Origin: Gemmatimonadota bacterium
Lineage (GTDB): Bacteria; Gemmatimonadota; Gemmatimonadetes; Gemmatimonadales; Gemmatimonadaceae
NCBI GenBank assembly: GCA_040389905.1
Contig: JAZJZK010000008.1
Span: forward strand, 192,001-256,000
DNA: 64,000 bases
Reading direction: 5' to 3'
Below the pieces are notes generated by a model, which searched no databases, was not told the DNA's origin, and was given only the letters and a program-made list of their open reading frames with translations. A program made the position numbers and the translations under genes. Positions 57,580-64,000 of the stretch are shown here, piece by piece (position 1 is the stretch's first letter; every line of letters starts with the position of its first letter).

Positions 57580-58043
57580 TACGGAAACTGCGCGTCGCCA
57601 CATGCGCCGCCGTCACGGCGCTTCTTGGCTGCGCCGGGGAGTCAATCACGCAGATCGACACCCGGCTCATGGCGGGTGTCTACGCACTGCACGAGGTTGA
57701 CGGTGTACTGCTTCCGCTGACCATCGTCGACGGCCAGGGTGCAAAGCACGAAACGACTCAGCATGTGATCCAGATCGAGGCCGATCTTTCGTACACCACG
57801 AGGAAGACCGTTCGTATCACGCAGGGTTCGACGGTACGCACCGAGGTCACCCTGGGTTCCGGCAGCATCACCGCCAACGGATCGTCCCTGATCATTCGCG
57901 ATGACCATGGCATCAGCTCCTCGGGCACCTTCGCGGACGTCGTCGAGATCATGTTCGAAGCCCGGACGCATGTCTTCTGGAAGCGCTGCACCTATCAATC
58001 GATGTACACCCCCGCGTGCAATGATTGGCGCATCCACGACTAG
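57573..58043 (+). CDS. Lipoprotein, lipocalin-like, distant paralog
   Basis: Lipobox LLGC; GVYALHEVDGVLLP; RITQG; FWKRC..C. Confidence 0.72.
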   Translation: MLIRKLRVATCAAVTALLGCAGESITQIDTRLMAGVYALHEVDGVLLPLTIVDGQGAKHETTQHVIQIEADLSYTTRKTVRITQGSTVRTEVTLGSGSITANGSSLIIRDDHGISSSGTFADVVEIMFEARTHVFWKRCTYQSMYTPACNDWRIHD

Positions 58044-58462
58044 TGCGCTGGCCGGTACACCAGGATATCGAGTGCGATTTCGTCGCTGAACCACGCGTCG
58101 ACACGCCCTTCGCGGATGAAGCCGCGCCGTAACAACGTCTCGGACGCCGCCTGAAAGGGCGCATCATAGGGAATCTCGCACACGATCATTCTCGCATCGT
58201 CAGTGATGACTCCGTGCAGCACGTCCTCCGCGTCGCCGACGATCGCATGGAGCTTCACCACGCCGACGGCACCAGCCAGCGGGCCATAAAGTATCAGGCC
58301 ACCATCGTCAGCGATGAGACCGCAGTATTCAGGGTCGTCGCCTGTCAACGCAGCGTCCAGCTGTTCGAGCAATCGGGCGAGGTAGCGCGTGCCGTTGAAT
58401 TGCGCCTCGATGAGTACGCGCGCCCCGGCGGCATCTGACTGCGCCAATGGACGTGCGCTCAC
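58040..58462 (-). CDS. Degenerate GNAT-like protein
   Basis: ARPL start, RMIVCE, LLRRGFIREGRVDAWF C-terminal GNAT-type motif; acetyl-CoA loop not evident. Confidence 0.55.
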   Translation of the reverse strand: MSARPLAQSDAAGARVLIEAQFNGTRYLARLLEQLDAALTGDDPEYCGLIADDGGLILYGPLAGAVGVVKLHAIVGDAEDVLHGVITDDARMIVCEIPYDAPFQAASETLLRRGFIREGRVDAWFSDEIALDILVYRPAH

Positions 58463-58477
58463 GAGCGAAGAGAGAAC

Positions 58478-58517
58478 GTGCAGACCCCTCGACTCACTTT
58501 CGTTCGCTCGGGGTGAC
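58478..58517. repeat. Type A REP half element directly after the lpdA stop
   Basis: GTGCAGACCCCTCGACTCACTTTCGTTCGCTCGGGGTGAC. Confidence 0.78.
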
Positions 58518-58520
58518 CAT

Positions 58521-59930
58521 TCAGATGTGGATCGCGCGGCCGAGCACCGCGAGCGCCGCTTCCTTCGTCGCTTCGCTGAGCGTTGGATGCGCATGCACCG
58601 TCACGCCGATGTCCTCCGACGATCCGCGATACTCGAACGCGAGCACCACTTCCGCAATGAGCTCCGAGACGTTCGGACCGACCAGATGCGCGCCAAGCAA
58701 TTCGTCCGTCGTCGCGTCGGCGATGAACTTCACGAACCCGCTCGTGTCTCCCGCCGTTCGCGCGCGTCCGTTGGCCGAGAAGGGAAACTTGCCGACCTTG
58801 TACGCGCGCCCGGACGCCTTCACTTCATGCTCGGCGAGGCCGACCGACGCAATCTCCGGCCATGTGTACACCACCGACGGAATCGAGTGGTAGTGCATGT
58901 GCACCCGCTGTCCAGCGATCACCTCGGCGGCGATGACGCCTTCTTCCTCGGCCTTATGCGCGAGCAGCTTGCCGCCAATGCAGTCGCCGATCGCGAACAC
59001 ATTCGGCAGGTTCGTACGAAGCTGGTCGTCGACGACGATTTCGCCACGCTGTCCGACGGTGAGTCCGAGTGCGGCCGCATCGACACCCGTGAGCGACGGC
59101 TTCCGTCCGACTGACACGAGCACGTAGTCCGCTTCGAGTGTTTCCGTCGTGCCATCCTTTACGACATCGACGAACACCGTGTTTCCCTCACGACGTGCAG
59201 CGCTCACCTTGGCCCCGGTGCGCAGCACGAGTCCCTGTTTCTTGAAGACTCGCTCCGCTTCCTTGATCACGTCCTCGTCCATACCGGGAAGGATCGTCGG
59301 CGCGAGTTCGATGACCGTTACCTTCGCGCCAAGCCTGCGCCACACGCTGCCAAGCTCGAGACCGATCACGCCACCGCCGATGACGACGAGGTGCTTCGGG
59401 ACTTCTGGAATCCGGAGCGCGCCGTCGTTCGAGAGGATGCGCTCTTCGTCGAACGTGAGGAACGGCAGTTCGATGGGCACCGAGCCCGTGGCGATGATGA
59501 CGTGCTTTGCGCTGTAGGATGTCGTCGCGCCATCGGCGCCGGCGACCTCCACGACATTGCCCGCCTTCAACGTGCCGCGGCCCTTCGCCCAGGTGATCTT
59601 GTTCTTCCGGAAGAGGAACTCGATGCCCTTCGTGTTCTGGCCGACGACGTCGTCCTTTCGCTTGAGCATCGTGGCAAGGTCGAGGCTGATGCCCGCGACG
59701 CCGATGCCATGTTCCTTGGCGTGCTGGCTCATGAACTCGTAGTGCTCGCTCGAGTTCAGCAGCGCCTTCGAGGGAATGCAGCCGACGTTGACGCAGGTGC
59801 CGCCGAGCGTCTTGTCCATTTCGACGCAGACGGTGGAGAAGCCAAGCTGGGCGGCACGAATCGCGGCGACGTAGCCGCCAGGTCCACCGCCGAGGACGAG
59901 TACATCGGCGGGTATGGTTGTGTCAGTCAT
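58521..59930 (-). CDS. lpdA: Dihydrolipoyl dehydrogenase (E3)
   Basis: GGGPGGY, GGTCVNVGCIPSK, GGGVIGLE, LAHKA, HPTLSE. Confidence 0.97.
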   Translation of the reverse strand: MTDTTIPADVLVLGGGPGGYVAAIRAAQLGFSTVCVEMDKTLGGTCVNVGCIPSKALLNSSEHYEFMSQHAKEHGIGVAGISLDLATMLKRKDDVVGQNTKGIEFLFRKNKITWAKGRGTLKAGNVVEVAGADGATTSYSAKHVIIATGSVPIELPFLTFDEERILSNDGALRIPEVPKHLVVIGGGVIGLELGSVWRRLGAKVTVIELAPTILPGMDEDVIKEAERVFKKQGLVLRTGAKVSAARREGNTVFVDVVKDGTTETLEADYVLVSVGRKPSLTGVDAAALGLTVGQRGEIVVDDQLRTNLPNVFAIGDCIGGKLLAHKAEEEGVIAAEVIAGQRVHMHYHSIPSVVYTWPEIASVGLAEHEVKASGRAYKVGKFPFSANGRARTAGDTSGFVKFIADATTDELLGAHLVGPNVSELIAEVVLAFEYRGSSEDIGVTVHAHPTLSEATKEAALAVLGRAIHI

Positions 59931-59991
59931 GAGACGGTATGGAGTCGCAAATGTGTGCCTCGAAGTTAAGGCATCGTGTGCCATTGCGGCG

Positions 59992-60011
59992 GGTAGCTTC
60001 CAGAAGCTACC
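59992..60011. promoter_or_regulatory. Putative TA autorepression operator
   Basis: Perfect 9-bp IR GGTAGCTTC-CA-GAAGCTACC ending 7 bp before the antitoxin ATG. Confidence 0.65.
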
Positions 60012-60018
60012 TTCAGTC

Positions 60019-60309
60019 ATGCGCGCCGTCGGCCTCAAGATCCTGAAGAACAAATTGAGCGAGTACGTTCGTCTGGCGGCCACGGGCGAAACGATTCTCG
60101 TCACTGATCGGGACAAGGTGGTGGCCGAGTTGATCGCGCCCCGCGAGGGACGCAGTCCCATCCTCCGTGACGCGCAACTCGCCGAGGCCGTTCGAAATGG
60201 CTGGCTCACGCCCCCTCTTGGAAACAAGGCGCCGCGACCGCCCCGCTCTCCCGTGGCGCCTCTCGCCGATGTGCTCGCGGAGCTCGCGGACGACCGTGGC
60301 GAATCGTGA
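60019..60309 (+). CDS. vapB: Phd/YefM family antitoxin
   Basis: VGLKILKNKLSEYVRLAATGETILVTDRDKVVAEL. Confidence 0.88.
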   Translation: MRAVGLKILKNKLSEYVRLAATGETILVTDRDKVVAELIAPREGRSPILRDAQLAEAVRNGWLTPPLGNKAPRPPRSPVAPLADVLAELADDRGES

Positions 60310-60692
60310 TCTACGTTGATACGTCGGTCGTGCTGGCCGAGTTGCTCTCGGAGGATCGCAGCCCGCCGGAGCGCGTGTGGGAGGAGACGGTCGTCGCGAG
60401 CCGGTTGCTCGAATACGAAACATGGACGCGAATCAACGCGCGGGGATTGACGACGTCGCACGGCGAGCGCACGCGAGAGCTTCTTGGCCGCGTCGCATTT
60501 CTCGAGCTGGTGCGACCCGTTCTTGAACGGGCGTTGGAGCCTTTCCCACTTCCGCTCCGAACGCTCGATGCGCTTCACGTGGCATCGATGCACTTTCTGC
60601 GCAGCCGAGGACAGGACGTGCAGTTAGCGAGCTACGATGATCGACTGACAGAAGTGGCGCGAGCACTCAATTTCCAAATTCTCCCGCTCTAG
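60306..60692 (+). CDS. vapC: PIN domain VapC toxin
   Basis: IYVDTS, LEYE, LRTLDALHVAS, SYDDRL; GTGA overlap with the antitoxin. Confidence 0.9.
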   Translation: MIYVDTSVVLAELLSEDRSPPERVWEETVVASRLLEYETWTRINARGLTTSHGERTRELLGRVAFLELVRPVLERALEPFPLPLRTLDALHVASMHFLRSRGQDVQLASYDDRLTEVARALNFQILPL

Positions 60693-60724
60693 CGGACCTC
60701 TCGGCGCAGACGAGATCGAACGCC

Positions 60725-61573
60725 ATGCTCGCCATGCTCAACCCAGCGACGCGTCAGAGCTTCATGTGGCGTTGGCAGCGCATTCCCGTGATTGTCGTCG
60801 TCGCGGCGCTCGGTGTCGCACTCCTGGTGTTCCTGTTGCAGGAGCATCTCATCTACTTCCCCCGCCGGTATGCGCCGGGCGTGGCGGGTGCCCCCGGACA
60901 TGGCCTCAGGCCGCTCCGCTACACGGTCGACGGCAATCGTGGCGTGGCCTTTTGGCGAGCGCCGCGTGACGGAGGCCGCTGGTGGGTTGTGTTCAGCGGC
61001 AACGCGGCACTCGCGCTCGAGTGGGATGAGTTGCTCGCCGGCGATGCGCATGATGGATTCCTCCTCATCGACCATCCTGGATACGGCGCCACAGAGGGGA
61101 CGCCGTCGCCAACCACCATCGATGCGAATGCAGACGCTGCGTTCGCGGCACTCGCGCGAGAAGCCGGTGTGGATGCCGCGGCACTAGCGCGCAGCGCTGG
61201 AGTACTCGGTCACTCCCTCGGTGCAGCGATCGGGCTGCGCTTCGCCACGCGGCACGAGGTCGATCGGGTCGTTCTGCTCTCGCCGTTCACGACGATGCAT
61301 GCGATGGCGCGCCGGCAGATGGGATGGCCGTTGTCCGAGCTCCTTACGCACCGCTTCGACAACGAGGCCAGCTTGAACACGCTGGCAGCTCGGCTGCGAC
61401 GTCCGGTCATCATCATCCTGCATGGCGATAGCGACGACCTCATTCCCATCACGATGAGTCGGCAGCTTGTGAAACAGCATCCCTGGGTTGCGCTTCGCGA
61501 GCTCAAAGGGGTCGGCCACGACGATATTCCGGGCCGCGTCGGGGACATCCGCATGGCCTTTGGCGGTTCCTGA
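60725..61573 (+). CDS. Alpha/beta hydrolase (ABHD13-like)
   Basis: QEHLIYFP, GNA, PGYG, GHSLG nucleophile, HGDSDDLIP, GHDD. Confidence 0.88.
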   Translation: MLAMLNPATRQSFMWRWQRIPVIVVVAALGVALLVFLLQEHLIYFPRRYAPGVAGAPGHGLRPLRYTVDGNRGVAFWRAPRDGGRWWVVFSGNAALALEWDELLAGDAHDGFLLIDHPGYGATEGTPSPTTIDANADAAFAALAREAGVDAAALARSAGVLGHSLGAAIGLRFATRHEVDRVVLLSPFTTMHAMARRQMGWPLSELLTHRFDNEASLNTLAARLRRPVIIILHGDSDDLIPITMSRQLVKQHPWVALRELKGVGHDDIPGRVGDIRMAFGGS

Positions 61574-61645
61574 CCGAACGTTCCAATCCGATATGGGGCG
61601 GCCGCCGTATTTCGATTCACGGCTCCGCCACAGCGAGGGAACGGC

Positions 61646-62554
61646 ATGGGACGATTCGATGTGCTGCACGAGATAGAACGCCTCGATCCCGAGCGTGATC
61701 ACCAACGCATCGTTCACCTCTCCTTCGGTTTCGATTTTCCGTGGGATTCGATTCGCTCTCTCGAGATCGCGCTCTATCGCACGTATTGTGTACCCACGAT
61801 CTCCGCACTCCTCGACCGCACCGGCGAGTTCCACCAGAACACCCAGCGTCGCTACGACGACACGTCGATTCTCGTCGCCGAGATGTGCGAGTGGGGGTAC
61901 GAGACGGGACGTGGGAAGGAGGCGCTCGACCGAATGAACTGGGCGCACGGCCACTACCGAATCGCCAACGACGACTTTCTGTACGTACTCTCGACGTTCA
62001 TCTACGAGCCGATTCGCTGGATCGATGCCGTCGGCTGGCGCCCGACGTGCCTCAACGAGCGACTCGGCTACTACTACTTCTGGCGTGAAATCGGACGGCG
62101 GATGGGGATCACGAACATTCCAGCCTCGTACGACGCCTTCGAGCAATGGGCGCGCCGGTACGAGCAGGAGATGTTCACGTATGCGCCGACCAATGCATGC
62201 ATTGGCGCGGCGACCCGAGATTTGTTCGCGTCGTGGTTCCCGCGCGTCGTGACGCCGATTGTGCGCTACAGCATCTACGCGATGCTCGATGACGTCATGA
62301 TCAAGTCGTTCGGTTTTCCGCAGCCGCTACCGATGACGCGTCAGCTGTTGCGGGCCGGGCTCAAACTACGAGGGAAGGCCGTGCGATTCCTGCCTCCGAG
62401 GAAGACGGCGCACTTTTTCACGGACAATCCGAATCGTACGCACCGAAGCGGATATGAGATTGGCCGGCTCGGCCCGCCGCGGTTAGTGGCGGCGGAGCAG
62501 CGGAACGCGGCTACGCGATCAGCATCGCGGCCGGATCTTCCATCAACTCCTTGA
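61646..62554 (+). CDS. DUF2236 / oxygenase MpaB family protein
   Basis: [44 protein letters not shown]. Confidence 0.85.
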   Translation: MGRFDVLHEIERLDPERDHQRIVHLSFGFDFPWDSIRSLEIALYRTYCVPTISALLDRTGEFHQNTQRRYDDTSILVAEMCEWGYETGRGKEALDRMNWAHGHYRIANDDFLYVLSTFIYEPIRWIDAVGWRPTCLNERLGYYYFWREIGRRMGITNIPASYDAFEQWARRYEQEMFTYAPTNACIGAATRDLFASWFPRVVTPIVRYSIYAMLDDVMIKSFGFPQPLPMTRQLLRAGLKLRGKAVRFLPPRKTAHFFTDNPNRTHRSGYEIGRLGPPRLVAAEQRNAATRSASRPDLPSTP

Positions 62555-63749
62555 TCCGCACCAGGAACAACACCGCCTGCTGCCCATCGATCACGCGGTG
62601 ATCGTACGAGAGCGCGACGTACATCATCGGCCGAATCACAACCTGCCCATTGAGCGCGATCGGACGATCCTGCGTCTTGTGCAGGCCGAGGATTGCGACC
62701 TGCGGGAAGTTGATGATCGGCGTCGAGACCAACGATCCGAAGACACCGCCATTCGTGATCGTGAACGTGCCGCCCGTCAGATCCTCGAGCGCGAGCTTGC
62801 CATCGCGCGCCTTCTTTGCCACGGCGGCGATGTCGCGCGAGATGTCGAGCATGCCCTTCTGATCCGCATCCTTCACATTCGGAACGACGAGCCCCGCGTC
62901 CGACGCGACCGCGATGCCCATGTTGACGTAGTGCTTGTAAATGATCGCGTCGCCGTCGATCTGTGCGTTGACGATGGGATACGACTTGAGCGCCATGCAC
63001 GCGGCCTTCACGAAGAAGGGCATGAAGCTGAGCTTCACGCCGTGCTCCTTCTCGACCTTCTCCTTCATCCGCTCGCGCAACGCGCTCACGGCCGACATGT
63101 CGATCTCGTTGAAGGTCGTGAGATGCGCTGTCGAGTGGTGCGACAACAAGAGATTCTCGGCGATCCGCTTGCGCCGCGTGGTCATCTTTTCTCGCGTCTC
63201 GCGCGCACCGGATGCCACGGGCGGCTTCGGCGCAACCGGCGCAGGCGCTGCGGGCTTCGATTCCGCCGCAACCGGGGCAGGCCTCGCCGCAACCGCCGCG
63301 GCGTGCTCGATCACGTCGGGTTTGCTCACCACGCCGCCGCGGCCAGTCCCGCTCACAGCGGCGAGATCGACGCCTTTCTCGTCCGCGACGCGTTGCGCGG
63401 CCGGAGATGCTCGCACCGGAGACGGAGGTACAGACTCCTCGACTCGCCCTGCGGGCTCGCTCGGAGTGACAACAGGGGCTTTCGCTTCCGCTGTCGGAGC
63501 TGCGGCTGCCACCGCGCCCTCGTCGAGCTCGCCGAGCAACTGATCGACCTTCACGACGTCGCCCTCGTTGACCGAGCGCTTGGTCAGAACACCCGCGCTC
63601 AGCGCCGGCACCTCGACGGTAATCTTGTCGGTATCGAGCTCGACCAGCGTATCGCCGGCGGCGACCGCCTCACCCTCCTTCTTGAGCCAACGAGAAACCG
63701 TTGCCTCGACGATCGACTCGCCGAGCGGAGGAACCTTGATTGCAGTCAT
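62511..63749 (-). CDS. sucB: 2-oxoglutarate dehydrogenase E2 (dihydrolipoyl succinyltransferase)
   Basis: Lipoyl [12 protein letters not shown]3-binding [33 protein letters not shown]. Confidence 0.96.
   Translation of the reverse strand: MTAIKVPPLGESIVEATVSRWLKKEGEAVAAGDTLVELDTDKITVEVPALSAGVLTKRSVNEGDVVKVDQLLGELDEGAVAAAAPTAEAKAPVVTPSEPAGRVEESVPPSPVRASPAAQRVADEKGVDLAAVSGTGRGGVVSKPDVIEHAAAVAARPAPVAAESKPAAPAPVAPKPPVASGARETREKMTTRRKRIAENLLLSHHSTAHLTTFNEIDMSAVSALRERMKEKVEKEHGVKLSFMPFFVKAACMALKSYPIVNAQIDGDAIIYKHYVNMGIAVASDAGLVVPNVKDADQKGMLDISRDIAAVAKKARDGKLALEDLTGGTFTITNGGVFGSLVSTPIINFPQVAILGLHKTQDRPIALNGQVVIRPMMYVALSYDHRVIDGQQAVLFLVRIKELMEDPAAMLIA
63425..63472. repeat. Type A REP arm embedded in frame in the sucB linker
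   Basis: GAGGTACAGACTCCTCGACTCGCCCTGCGGGCTCGCTCGGAGTGACAA vs consensus GAGGTGCAGACCCCTCGACTCGCTTCGCTCGCTCGGGGTGACAA. Confidence 0.8.
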
Positions 63750-63852
63750 GAGTGCGCTGTTTCGGAGCAATTCGGCCGCGGCGAAAGCGAGCTTTCGCGC
63801 CCGCTCGCCGCCGCATAGCATTCCGCGAGGAATATAACCCCAGTGCAGAGGC

Positions 63853-64000
63853 ATGCGAGGACTCACAATCTCCGCGCACGGCAGCGTCGAGCAGGTGCAA
63901 TTTCGCGATGATCTCCGCGAGCCGGAGTTGCGCGCCGGCACCGATGTTCGGCTCCGCATGCGCGCCGCCGCGCTCAACCATCTCGATCTCTTCCTGATCG
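63853..64000 (+). CDS. Zinc-binding/MDR family dehydrogenase, 5' part (partial)
   Basis: [34 protein letters not shown] typical of a GroES-like ADH N-terminus; GAGG SD. Confidence 0.8.
   Translation, partial: MRGLTISAHGSVEQVQFRDDLREPELRAGTDVRLRMRAAALNHLDLFLI

Noticed and set aside
59931..60593. 690-aa extended LpdA from the ORF track
   Set aside because: The extension is antisense to vapBC; homology begins at ATG 59930
1..64000. rRNA, tRNA, riboswitch, IS transposase or anti-phage defence genes
   Set aside because: No recognisable signatures by eye; Infernal, ISEScan and DefenseFinder were not run, so small RNAs cannot be excluded

Overview
This is a GC-rich bacterial chromosomal segment. 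Gene content (TonB-plug/carboxypeptidase-regulatory protein, Hanks-type kinase with TolB-like/TPR tail, TonB C-terminal protein) suggests Gemmatimonadota, by inference only. About 50 CDSs are present: a glycosyltransferase/methyltransferase cluster, an ABC transporter with fused binding protein and permease, a GH106 + CE15 pair, several hybrid histidine kinases, a NorQ/NorD-like pair with no adjacent client, a 7-gene MoxR-DUF58-BatA/VWA envelope operon, and sucB/lpdA separated by a vapBC module and two other genes. I saw no rRNA, tRNA, CRISPR array, transposase or prophage. The most unusual signals are these. (1) A REP/REPIN-like palindrome family (about 15 full or half copies) has entered coding sequence in frame: the SucB linker and the N-termini/signal peptides of two MoxR-operon genes, one with a 30-bp tandem expansion in which each full unit carries an SD-like sequence and an ATG. 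(2) Two paralogous genes each encode three fused, needle-less tail-collar (MdpB-like) domains. (3) The MoxR operon includes a caspase-fold protein lacking the catalytic Cys, a TPR-gluzincin and a giant Gln/Gly-rich coiled-coil protein. All calls are from motif recognition by eye; no database searches were run.
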